DNA of 64,000 nt, taken from a virus. The translations under genes were made by a program, and so were the position numbers. This document shows positions 54,004 to 63,176 of the stretch, in pieces. The first letter of the stretch is position 1. Each line of letters begins with the position of its first letter. The notes under the pieces were generated by a model, which was given only the letters and a program-made list of their open reading frames with translations, had not been told where the DNA came from and searched no databases. Location of the stretch: the IMG/VR virus record IMGVR_UViG_3300021961_000019; one strand, written 5' to 3'.

Positions 54004-55197
54004 TCAATCAGATGACCAATTTTTATCTGCGGTAAAGTTTGCTCGCGAAAATTCAAGTCTATCAACAAGTTTTAAGGCAGATCCAGATTTGATTGCAACA
54101 AATCCCTCTGGCGCAGTAACTTTGTATCCATCACCAGTTCTCAGGAATGTTCCAAAGTCCTTCACCATTTCAAGTTTACGAATTACAATATTTTTTGCCT
54201 TCTGCAAATTAATATAAGAAGCGACTGTAAAATATACAGATCTGCTATTCTTGGTCAAGAAGGTTAATCCATCTGCCTTAATCTTTGCATATTTATCTCT
54301 AGCAGCAGGAGTTTTTTTACTACCAATCTCCTTATCCAAAAGTGAAGAATAGTAAGTCTTGAATCCTTCAGAAACTTTTTTCACATTAGTGATAGGGTTG
54401 CCAGACCGAATGTATGTATTGAAATATTGCTTAAACAAAGTGGATAGTAAGAATTTACCATCACCAGTCTCACCCAAAATATCTAAAAATGCAGATGCTT
54501 GCTTCAAAGATCCAGTCGCCATATTTACGGCAGACTTATATTTTTGATGCTCAGTTGGTGAAAAATTAGCAGCGCCGGAAGCATCACTAAATGATGCTGT
54601 TGCAGCATAAACATCAGGACAATCTTGGAATTTAGAAATGTCCACACCAAAGGATGCATTCATACTTTCCAAAGATGATCCACTATATTCAGTATGAAAA
54701 ACAATTCCAACTTTTGCCCTTGAGATTTTAGATCCAAGTTTCGAATCAACCGGGACAGTATATACAATAGTATTTGGTTGGAAACTATGAACTCGTTCTC
54801 CAGCAATTGTCTTAATACTCACATCATCCGTGAAAAGAAGGTCTCCCTGAATTACATTTGTAATTCCAAGTTTGGGAAGATGCTCTAGACATGCCTTTAG
54901 TTTAGATGCTAGTTGCCCAGAATAATTTTGATCTATATCGCCGGAAGTAAACATCAACTTCGGATTTGTTTTTGCAAAAACAGATTTTGTTCCAACAAAA
55001 AAGCATCCTGTGACAGGTTCAATTCCACAGATTACGGCAGGTGCTCCATCCCACTTTGTTGTGATGCGGATAGAAGATCTTGGTTCCGTGAGCATAGTTC
55101 CAAGCTCATTTAAAAATGTAATTGCATTTTTTCCGCCAGCAGAACCATGATTTAAAATATCATCTTCAAGGTGTTCAAGGTGAGTGTTTTTTGCCAT
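54004..55197 (-). CDS. conserved cyanophage protein with ligase-like nucleotidyltransferase motifs
   Basis: TKWDG, IQGDLL, EGFVA, LKLVD; family recalled as DUF6267-like. Confidence 0.65.
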   Translation of the reverse strand: MAKNTHLEHLEDDILNHGSAGGKNAITFLNELGTMLTEPRSSIRITTKWDGAPAVICGIEPVTGCFFVGTKSVFAKTNPKLMFTSGDIDQNYSGQLASKLKACLEHLPKLGITNVIQGDLLFTDDVSIKTIAGERVHSFQPNTIVYTVPVDSKLGSKISRAKVGIVFHTEYSGSSLESMNASFGVDISKFQDCPDVYAATASFSDASGAANFSPTEHQKYKSAVNMATGSLKQASAFLDILGETGDGKFLLSTLFKQYFNTYIRSGNPITNVKKVSEGFKTYYSSLLDKEIGSKKTPAARDKYAKIKADGLTFLTKNSRSVYFTVASYINLQKAKNIVIRKLEMVKDFGTFLRTGDGYKVTAPEGFVAIKSGSALKLVDRLEFSRANFTADKNWSSD

Positions 55198-56501
55198 CAG
55201 TTAATAAGTCTCCTAATATTTGCAAACTGTCCTTTCAATAGGTGCTTTAGTTCCGGTGCGATTGTGGCAAAGAATTGTGGTTGAGAATGGAAATCCCCCT
55301 TGTATCGAAGTTCCACACAAAGAAGTCTAAATTCTCCCTTGAAAACATCAAAGAAAACCTTGGCAGCATCTGCCTTTTCCGTCTTGTCTGTATCCAGTTT
55401 AATATGGGCAGACTCCTTTGACAGGGCTGCTAGGACACATTGAACACTGTCTATCCCGATGGCATCGCCAGATCCCATACTGATATTTCCTTTTTTACAT
55501 TCACCAACACCAGTGACCAACACAAATTCAAATTTGTTCTGAACTAGATCCTCCAGTGTATCCTGCAACCTACTCTTAAGAACAAGATTGATTAGAGAAT
55601 CTGCGAATAAATCCGCATGTTCATCCATAATGTCAAGGAAACCTTTATATAAAGGATTGACTGTATTACCAATGCTCTGCAACTTCTTATTCACATAGTC
55701 TCGCATATCATTATGCGCTTTGGACTCGGAAGCAACTAATGATGGATCATCGCTAATTGCACGAACATCCTTAATATTAATCAGGAACACATATTCAGTT
55801 TTATTTGCCTTTCTTCTTGGAACCTTCGCATTCCACAATTGCTCATCAGTTGCAGTATTCCAATTATCCACACGATCAATCTTACCAATCAATTTTAATG
55901 GACCATCTTCCTTTGCTTCGCGGATCACACCTGCAAAGAATTTTTGTCTATGCGCCAACAATTCAGTCTTCACAGTATTAAACTTAGTGCCCTCCATCAG
56001 GGTGTCAAACGCCTTGTTAATAATTGTTGGATCTTGTGCTGTCGATTTTGGTTTCTTCTTCAGCGAAATGCCAACATAATGATCAGTTCCGTATCTAAAA
56101 ATAACATCGGATGAATTATAATCTGCCATTCCAAAAGCATTAATCTTAAACTTCTGAACCTCTGTTGGCCAACGAGTTCCAGTTAAAAATACTTTGGTTG
56201 GACTTGCTGCTGAAATAGTATCATAAGCATCTGTCTTTAGATATGAGCGAATTGCTTTCATCGCTGACATACCAACAAGTAGATCAGTATATACTTGATC
56301 AGTATTGCTGCCATCGAGTCTCATCTTCTTGAGGAAATCGTTCTTAACGTTTCCAATTCCCTCAACATTAGTTCCTTCAACATTTGCAATCACATCATTA
56401 AGTAATGCTTGCAGTTTGTTTGTGTCTCTGGCAGCTGCGTTTATTTCGGTGTCACTAATGAAGGCAACTCCAGCCAACATTCCTTCAGATGGTTCAGCCA
56501 T
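55197..56501 (-). CDS. putative PD-(D/E)xK nuclease-fold protein
   Basis: SSDVIF...GISLKK; stop overlaps the next start (TGATG). Confidence 0.5.
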   Translation of the reverse strand: MAEPSEGMLAGVAFISDTEINAAARDTNKLQALLNDVIANVEGTNVEGIGNVKNDFLKKMRLDGSNTDQVYTDLLVGMSAMKAIRSYLKTDAYDTISAASPTKVFLTGTRWPTEVQKFKINAFGMADYNSSDVIFRYGTDHYVGISLKKKPKSTAQDPTIINKAFDTLMEGTKFNTVKTELLAHRQKFFAGVIREAKEDGPLKLIGKIDRVDNWNTATDEQLWNAKVPRRKANKTEYVFLINIKDVRAISDDPSLVASESKAHNDMRDYVNKKLQSIGNTVNPLYKGFLDIMDEHADLFADSLINLVLKSRLQDTLEDLVQNKFEFVLVTGVGECKKGNISMGSGDAIGIDSVQCVLAALSKESAHIKLDTDKTEKADAAKVFFDVFKGEFRLLCVELRYKGDFHSQPQFFATIAPELKHLLKGQFANIRRLIN

Positions 56502-56537
56502 TCTTACTATTGTGTTTTGTCCTATTTATTTAATCAT

Positions 56538-56562
56538 AAAAAAACCCCCCGGAGGGGGGGGT
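56538..56562 (-). terminator. rho-independent terminator ending the replication unit
   Basis: ACCCCCC(CC)-TCC-GGGGGGT-TTTTTT on the minus strand. Confidence 0.75.
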
Positions 56563-56565
56563 GAT

Positions 56566-56859
56566 CTATGCAGCAGATTCGGAATAGAATCGGAGACTAT
56601 ACACATCACCTTCTCTACTAACCGAATTCAATGTTCTAAATGCTTCAGGTCTTTTTTCAAAGATAGAACTAACCTCAGAAACACCTTGGAAACGACGAAC
56701 TCGGCACCTAGTTCCATCAGGAAGATCACCAATCACAAATTCAGAAAAGTAATCTTTCACCTCATTACAAACACCCCTAAGTTCATCATCAACTTCTTGT
56801 GAAGATTCAACCCACTCCATCCACTCTTGAAAATTGTCAGTTTGTGCGCAACTCATCAC
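56566..56859 (-). CDS. hypothetical protein
   Basis: 97 aa, coupled to mazG. Confidence 0.55.
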   Translation of the reverse strand: MMSCAQTDNFQEWMEWVESSQEVDDELRGVCNEVKDYFSEFVIGDLPDGTRCRVRRFQGVSEVSSIFEKRPEAFRTLNSVSREGDVYSLRFYSESAA

Positions 56860-57269
56860 AAATCTCCTTCAATACGATTTTCGGAACGATAAACTCTAAA
56901 AGCACCTTCGGGATAACGAGCACTCAGTTTCTCAACATTCATAGAGAGAATTTCGTTAAAGTCAGTATCAAGTGCCATACATGCTTGAGCAAGATACCAA
57001 CACATATCACCAAGTTCCCGTTTCATATGAAAAACATTCTCCTCATTATAGGGTTTCCCTTGTAGGAAGATCTTTTTCACAACTTCAGTAAATTCACCCG
57101 CTTCAGCAGTCAGACCAAGAGCAGCGGTCAGCAGTTGGGGAACATTTGCTCCAAGTTCACCCAGTTCAGCAAGACGTGCCTCTAAAACATCCGGACTGAG
57201 ACTTGGTGCGCTAGTAACACCCCGAACAAACTCAATATACATCTTTTGGTCTACAACCTTTTCACTCAT
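56856..57269 (-). CDS. mazG: MazG-like nucleoside triphosphate pyrophosphohydrolase
   Basis: LTAEAGEFTEVVKK...RELGDMCWY...N.EKL..RYP. Confidence 0.92.
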   Translation of the reverse strand: MSEKVVDQKMYIEFVRGVTSAPSLSPDVLEARLAELGELGANVPQLLTAALGLTAEAGEFTEVVKKIFLQGKPYNEENVFHMKRELGDMCWYLAQACMALDTDFNEILSMNVEKLSARYPEGAFRVYRSENRIEGDL

Positions 57270-57280
57270 TACACATCCTC

Positions 57281-58669
57281 CTAGAATTTAAAAGAGTCAA
57301 ATTTTTTGTTTTGGAATTTTTCCTCAGTCCTATCATTATAGTCAATATCATGTCCGCTGTCAACTAAATCATTCTGAGCGGTCTGCTCAACATCATACAG
57401 TCTCATCTTTGCTCTGTCAATACCAACCACAAACCTCTTGTAGACTGTCGGATCATTATAACGATTCTTAAGTTGCTTTACAAGGATTTGTCCGAGTTGC
57501 TCCAGATCTTCAGTAGAAATAAGGGCAAACATAAGATCAGCAGTAGCAGGGAGGCCAAAGGATTCACTAGTATCAGTAAGTTCGACATCGTTGCTACTAT
57601 AACCAGAACGAGTGGTCTGCGTGGCAGAAACGATAGGGACGTTTGCTTCAACAGCCAATCCTCTAAGCTCTTCAGCAATTGCTTTGATATAGCTATATGA
57701 ATTGACAGAAAGGTTCGTCCTATACCTAGAGGAAGAACATATATTAAGGTAATCAACGAAAATAATATCAGGACAAAATGACTTTTTAAGATGTAAATCA
57801 TTTAACAACGACCTAAAGTGCCCAGAATGTGCAGAAGCAGTTGGATATTCCTTAATTATAAGAGTACCTTGCGTCTTCTTTGAAAGTTTATTGACTTTTG
57901 TTTCAAACATATCTTTTGGCAGTTTCACAATATCCTGAATCGGAACGTTCAAAAGATTTGCATCGATTCTTTCTGCGATTTTTTCTTCAGACATCTCCAT
58001 CGTAATATACAAAACATTTTTGCCTTGAAGCAAAACTGCTGCTGCCATATGACACATGAATAAAGATTTGCCCACACCAGTTCCTGCGAGGGCAATATTT
58101 AAAGTCTTTCTTGGAAGACCACCTTTAGTAATCTTGTTGAAGTAATCCAGATCAAATGGAATACGATCTTCCTTTCTATGATAACTCTCATATCTTGCTT
58201 CAAAGTCATTCAAATAATCATGACCGATATGATTGTCAAAAGAAACTGCTAATGCATCTTGTAAGATGGAAGGAATGGAATCCCTAGATCTTTTTTCATC
58301 CTTGCCATCAGCGATTGAAATTGCATCAATCAACGACAAGTAAATAGCACGATCTCTACACCACTTTTCGGTAGTGTTTACCAACCAAGAATATTCAGAA
58401 ACACTCTCATCCAAAGATTGAATGAGACCGCGAATATCTTTGAATTCAGAATCATTAATATCCTTCCTATTCTCAACTTCAATAGAAAGGACCTCCTTCG
58501 TTGCAGTTTTATTATACTCCTCAATAAAGGATCGTATTTCTTCAAATACAATTCTCTGATTCTTATCCTCAAAATATTCCGCCTTAATAAAGGGTATTAC
58601 CTTTCGGCAATACTCCTCATTGTATACTAAGTTCTTAAGGATTAGAAGTTCAATTGTTTCCATTATCAA
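57281..58669 (-). CDS. gp41: replicative DNA helicase (T4 gp41 homolog)
   Basis: LAGTGVGKS, ITMEMSE, KEYPT, IFVDYLNIC, SATQTTR, SESFGLPATAD. Confidence 0.97.
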   Translation of the reverse strand: MIMETIELLILKNLVYNEEYCRKVIPFIKAEYFEDKNQRIVFEEIRSFIEEYNKTATKEVLSIEVENRKDINDSEFKDIRGLIQSLDESVSEYSWLVNTTEKWCRDRAIYLSLIDAISIADGKDEKRSRDSIPSILQDALAVSFDNHIGHDYLNDFEARYESYHRKEDRIPFDLDYFNKITKGGLPRKTLNIALAGTGVGKSLFMCHMAAAVLLQGKNVLYITMEMSEEKIAERIDANLLNVPIQDIVKLPKDMFETKVNKLSKKTQGTLIIKEYPTASAHSGHFRSLLNDLHLKKSFCPDIIFVDYLNICSSSRYRTNLSVNSYSYIKAIAEELRGLAVEANVPIVSATQTTRSGYSSNDVELTDTSESFGLPATADLMFALISTEDLEQLGQILVKQLKNRYNDPTVYKRFVVGIDRAKMRLYDVEQTAQNDLVDSGHDIDYNDRTEEKFQNKKFDSFKF

Positions 58670-58687
58670 TAATTCAAGTTTTTACTA

Positions 58688-59692
58688 TCAAGAACCGTAA
58701 CTAAATTCCCTCCGAGCAACCTCATCAAGTTTTTCCATCACTTCTGGAGTGAAATAGATCTCAGGATCTTTCAGGATTGACTTTGCATAAACCTTTTTGC
58801 CGTCAAACTCATAACGACCCGCTACATTCTTCCAGAGTCCACCAAGTTCACCAAGTTCCAAAAGACCATAAAAACGATCAAGGCCGCGCTCATCATAATA
58901 CAAACGGACTTCAACATCCTTATTCTCCTTACTTAAACGCGACTTATGAGTTTTTGCCTTGATAATATTTCCAACGACTTCTGTTCCGTCTTTTTCTTTT
59001 TTCTTTGTGAGATAGATGATCGTGGAAGCAGCATACTTAAGACCACTACCTCCACCCATCTCTTTTGTAGGAACGTAGGCACCGATAACATCATATGTGT
59101 GATTAGTAACCAGCATTGGAATGTTTGCTTGACCCAGTTTTAGGGTCAGCATCCGGAATGCACCTTTAATCAGTTGAGATTTTGTCATGTCGCGAACTTG
59201 TTTGTCGTTCAGCGCGTCTGTGATCTCCTTCTCTGTTGAGAGCATACCTAAAGAGTCTAGCACGAACATGCAGGGTTGTCTATCGTCTTCTGGTTTCTTA
59301 AGATAGAGGTCTACTGCCTTAAGTGCTTTACTTCGAAATTCTTCTACTGTGACAACATTAACCACGACAAGACGTGATGTATCGACGCCGCGACTTGTAA
59401 GTAATGACTTGGTGATAGCAGCCTCAGTATCAAAATATAAACAGTATCCAGTAGGATTAGTATCAAGAAAATTCTTAACCACGGCAAGAGAAAAGAAAGT
59501 TTTTCCCGTAGAAGACTCACCCGCAATTGCTGTGATTTTATTAGCAGATACACCACCAAAAACACTCCCACTAACAAGAGCGTTAAATATGTACGAACCT
59601 GTGTCAACATAATTTTCAGTCTCATCAATTTCAGATGCCAATTTGGTGTAATCATCACCAATTTCTTTAACAATATCCTTAAGAAAGTCCAT
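58688..59692 (-). CDS. uvsX: RecA-like recombinase UvsX
   Basis: AGESSTGKT, YFDTE, VLDSLG, GGGSGLKY; likely start at MDFLKDI. Confidence 0.95.
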   Translation of the reverse strand: MDFLKDIVKEIGDDYTKLASEIDETENYVDTGSYIFNALVSGSVFGGVSANKITAIAGESSTGKTFFSLAVVKNFLDTNPTGYCLYFDTEAAITKSLLTSRGVDTSRLVVVNVVTVEEFRSKALKAVDLYLKKPEDDRQPCMFVLDSLGMLSTEKEITDALNDKQVRDMTKSQLIKGAFRMLTLKLGQANIPMLVTNHTYDVIGAYVPTKEMGGGSGLKYAASTIIYLTKKKEKDGTEVVGNIIKAKTHKSRLSKENKDVEVRLYYDERGLDRFYGLLELGELGGLWKNVAGRYEFDGKKVYAKSILKDPEIYFTPEVMEKLDEVARREFSYGS

Positions 59693-59852
59693 ACGTGCGC
59701 TCCGCTTCACTGACAATAACTGCGTCTCTATCTTCCAATTCTTTTTTATATGCCGGAACTTCTTCTGGCTTATGATATCCAATAAAAATAACTTGTGGAT
59801 ATTTTTTATAATAAAATTGTATCTCTATAAGAGGTTCGTGTTTGTGTTTCAT
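59679..59852 (-). CDS. small hypothetical protein, 57 aa (MKHKHEPLIEIQFYYKK...)
   Basis: Manually translated; TAATG overlap with the gp43 stop. Confidence 0.55.
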   Translation of the reverse strand: MKHKHEPLIEIQFYYKKYPQVIFIGYHKPEEVPAYKKELEDRDAVIVSEAERTYGLS

Positions 59853-62347
59853 TATAGGAAAAATGATTCCAGATTTGTGCTTTTTTCAACTCTCCACCCA
59901 ATAGCATCCAAGATAATCCTAAGTGGTTCCAGGAAAGACTTCTCAAATTGTAAGTTGTAATCAACATACATGTCAAGTCCAAATTCCTTTGGAAGAGTCT
60001 GAATGAATGAAATAACATTCTCATGAATTGGATTTGGTTTTTTCAAGTAACAAAACTTGATTTTTTCACCATTTTGTATAGGTGAATATTTATTGGAAAC
60101 TCCTTTATCATTCACATAATGATTATATAAAAGAGCACCTCTAACATGAATTGGAGTTCCTTTAGCATAAATGTTGCTATAAGAACGGTACTTGTTCACA
60201 TCAGAAACTGAACGTGGGAAAGCAATCTCTTCTGCTGGAAGTTTTTTAAAGTCAGAACGACACTTATCAATATAATTGATTACATCATCCTCAGTACCTT
60301 CAACCATCATCCTAAGAGCATCCTTAATCATTTGTCTGCAAGGTGCTGGTGTTGAAGACTTAATTGCCTCCAATCCCATAATCTTCAGTTTAGACTTTTC
60401 GTAGCGAACACCTTCACTATCCCACACGTTAAGAATGTAACGCTTCTTGGCAGTCCAGATTCCACGATCCGCAATATTCTCACGTTTCATGAACATCTTC
60501 TGGTCATACGCATTCACGTATTCGGCCAGTTCTTTGTAAGAACCCTCAATATACTTCTCAAATTCCAACGTACAGACCTTATCAAGGAACGAAACAACGC
60601 CCTCAGTAGTTTTCTCTCTTCCGGCGAATATAGTCTCAACAAAAGGACCCATATTAAGATAGATGGAATCAGTATCTGAAGCAATAACATAATCAACTCC
60701 TTCGGTCTTAAGAATCTTATTCAAGTATGTATTCATTCGATTTTCGATCCAGCGGATAGATACTTGCCCAGAAAGTGTAATTGCTTCTGCATTCGCGAGT
60801 TTGTAATATCGAAAATACTGATTACCGATAGCACCATAAGCAGAGTTGAGCTGAATCTTACGAGCCATCTGGATATTGTTACACCGTGCAATTTCCTTCT
60901 CAAGGGATTTTGTGGGAGTTTTTTCATACTCTCGTTTCGCTGCAAGCATTTTCTTTTTATAGATCGTTCTCTCCTTATAGATCTTCTCCATCAATTCTGG
61001 AAGAAATCCACGCTTTGTAGTGTCAAACAGAGCGCCATTTGCGCAAACTGTTCTCCCATCAAGATCAGAAAGATCTACTTCCTTATTCAAGATTTTTGAA
61101 ACAGATACTTGCGGATGACGTTCATCAAGCAAAGTCTCAGGACTAATGTTATATTGCATGATCAAGTGTGGATATAGAGAGTTAAGGTCAAAACTCACCA
61201 CCCAATCATAGACGCCCGGTTTTGGTTCCTTTACATATGCTCCTGCATATTTTTCATTCTTAGCGGTTCTCTCCTTAGGTGGAATTACAATATTCCTCTT
61301 CTTCAAGTAATTGAAGATAATATTGTCCCACATGCGAACCTGATAGAACACATCCACAAAGTTCACCTTTGCGTCAAATGCCATAGTAATGGCGAGTTCA
61401 ATCAACTTCATCTTGTCTTCCAATCGGTCAACAAGTTCCACGTCAACGATGTTATATTCTACAAATTTCTGCCAGTCGTTTGTATAGAAATCTTTGAACG
61501 TCTCATACTCAGAGTGGTCCAATTTCTTCTGACCAAGTTCGACAAAGGCAATATGATCCAATCGATAAGATTCTTGTGCCTTGTATGTAAACTTCTTATA
61601 AAGATCCAGATAGTCAAGTTGTGTCAATCCACCCACATCATAAACGATGTGCTCACGACCAGTTAAGACAATTTTGCCTTCAGTCACCAATCCCCAAGGA
61701 GAAAATCTACGAGCAAGTTTCTCACCAAGAACCTTATACAAGCGACCACAGATATATGGAACGTCATATAGTTGAACATTCCACCCGGTAATAACTTCAG
61801 GCAGATGTTCCATCCAATATTCCATAAACCTACTGAGAAGTTTATGTTCTGTATCACACTCAACGTATGTCAGGTTCTTTCTGTCATGCTTGAAAGGTTT
61901 CCTGCCCCAAGTCATCAGTTTCTTGGTGGCATAATCCTGAAGTGTGATTGTAAGAATTTCTTCTGAGCATGATGCCGTATCCGGGAATCCGTGCTCAGAT
62001 GCAACCTCAATATCAATTGTGGTCAGTTTAATCTTGTTGATGTCAAACTTAATCTCATCCTCAGGATACTTATCACTAATGTACTGACACACATAGCGAT
62101 CATTTCCATGGACTTTAAATCCTTCAACATTTTCATATCTGGAAAAGAAGTCCCTACAATCGCGCACAAGACCGGGTTGAACCTCTTCAACATACTCACC
62201 CTCTAGTGTCTGATATTTTGTTTTCTTCTTGGAAGGCACGTAAAGGGAAGGATAATACTCCTCCTTAAACATTACGTGCTTTCCATCTTCATATCCACGA
62301 ATCAGGAATTGATTCCCAATCATCTGTACATTTGTGTAGAAGCGCAT
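59852..62347 (-). CDS. gp43: family B DNA polymerase (T4 gp43 homolog)
   Basis: DIEV exonuclease motif, SFDLNSLYPH, KIQLNSAYG, ASDTDS; no intein. Confidence 0.98.
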   Translation of the reverse strand: MRFYTNVQMIGNQFLIRGYEDGKHVMFKEEYYPSLYVPSKKKTKYQTLEGEYVEEVQPGLVRDCRDFFSRYENVEGFKVHGNDRYVCQYISDKYPEDEIKFDINKIKLTTIDIEVASEHGFPDTASCSEEILTITLQDYATKKLMTWGRKPFKHDRKNLTYVECDTEHKLLSRFMEYWMEHLPEVITGWNVQLYDVPYICGRLYKVLGEKLARRFSPWGLVTEGKIVLTGREHIVYDVGGLTQLDYLDLYKKFTYKAQESYRLDHIAFVELGQKKLDHSEYETFKDFYTNDWQKFVEYNIVDVELVDRLEDKMKLIELAITMAFDAKVNFVDVFYQVRMWDNIIFNYLKKRNIVIPPKERTAKNEKYAGAYVKEPKPGVYDWVVSFDLNSLYPHLIMQYNISPETLLDERHPQVSVSKILNKEVDLSDLDGRTVCANGALFDTTKRGFLPELMEKIYKERTIYKKKMLAAKREYEKTPTKSLEKEIARCNNIQMARKIQLNSAYGAIGNQYFRYYKLANAEAITLSGQVSIRWIENRMNTYLNKILKTEGVDYVIASDTDSIYLNMGPFVETIFAGREKTTEGVVSFLDKVCTLEFEKYIEGSYKELAEYVNAYDQKMFMKRENIADRGIWTAKKRYILNVWDSEGVRYEKSKLKIMGLEAIKSSTPAPCRQMIKDALRMMVEGTEDDVINYIDKCRSDFKKLPAEEIAFPRSVSDVNKYRSYSNIYAKGTPIHVRGALLYNHYVNDKGVSNKYSPIQNGEKIKFCYLKKPNPIHENVISFIQTLPKEFGLDMYVDYNLQFEKSFLEPLRIILDAIGWRVEKSTNLESFFL

Positions 62348-62363
62348 TATATAAATCTAAAAT

Positions 62364-62606
62364 TCAAGAGTGATCGTTCTGATAGTGAGAGGATGTTACG
62401 ATGTCATCATAAGCGGTTGGTAGATTGCCGCAACTACCTTGTCTCGCCTTCATTCTATTCAGTTTATCAATACCTAGAAGGATTGCTTCATCATCGGTAA
62501 TGATTGAAGAGAGTTGCCTCTTCTCATTTGTTGAGCGTGGTTGGCGCAACTCACATTTATGGTAAGATTCTTTTCGATACGTTCTGCTCATTTTACTAGG
62601 CTCCAA
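62364..62606 (-). CDS. small hypothetical protein (likely start MSRTYRK)
   Basis: 80 aa ORF. Confidence 0.55.
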   Translation of the reverse strand: MEPSKMSRTYRKESYHKCELRQPRSTNEKRQLSSIITDDEAILLGIDKLNRMKARQGSCGNLPTAYDDIVTSSHYQNDHS

Positions 62607-62860
62607 TACTTTTCTTCAATAACTCCCTTCGGTTTAACCAGAGTTAGAATTTTATCGGATGAAATCATATACGAATTCTCATTCGTATATTCCATTAACC
62701 AAGGCTCCAAAGTGATATTATTTGAATCAACCTTGAGAACAAATGGTTCAACTAATTTGCAGTTTGGATCTCCAATTTCTGCATATACTTCTTCAATCTG
62801 AGAGACCAACACTAAGCTCCCGGTCAAGATCAGAACTCTCAGCAACTTCCCCTCTTCCAT
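62588..62860 (-). CDS. conserved cyanophage hypothetical protein
   Basis: GDPNCKLVEPF...LEPWL. Confidence 0.7.
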   Translation of the reverse strand: MEEGKLLRVLILTGSLVLVSQIEEVYAEIGDPNCKLVEPFVLKVDSNNITLEPWLMEYTNENSYMISSDKILTLVKPKGVIEEKYWSLVK

Positions 62861-63140
62861 CTAAAACCTCATTCAGATACATGTTCTTCAAACTTTCTAC
62901 GGGTTCAACCACCGTAACTACCCAATCTGTAATAATCGGGACTACTTTATCTGCCGACAAACTAGGCCAACTACACAGGGTCAGATTAATTTTGTCGGGG
63001 GCATTATCAGTTGGCGGAGCAATAAGAACTTCACATGGATGCTCAAGAATATAAGTCACCACACGATCATCCACATACCCCTCCTTAATATCGGAGATGA
63101 CATGCTCACCCGATTTCAAAATTGCAAGTTTAACGCTCAT
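62793..63140 (-). CDS. conserved cyanophage hypothetical protein
   Basis: MSVKLAILKSGE.VISDIKE...DWVVT.VEP. Confidence 0.7.
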   Translation of the reverse strand: MSVKLAILKSGEHVISDIKEGYVDDRVVTYILEHPCEVLIAPPTDNAPDKINLTLCSWPSLSADKVVPIITDWVVTVVEPVESLKNMYLNEVLDGRGEVAESSDLDRELSVGLSD

Positions 63141-63176
63141 TCAACCTCCTATACACACATCTATCATAGCACGGAA

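Noticed and set aside
59693-59782. N-terminal extension of UvsX suggested by the ORF track
   Set aside because: The region is better explained by a separate 57-aa ORF (59679-59852) coupled to gp43; UvsX homologs start at MDFLK.
59852-62347. Split or altered DNA polymerase suggesting modified-base replication
   Set aside because: It is a single normal-length gp43 with standard motifs; no purZ, dCMP hydroxymethylase or 7-deazaguanine genes are in this window.
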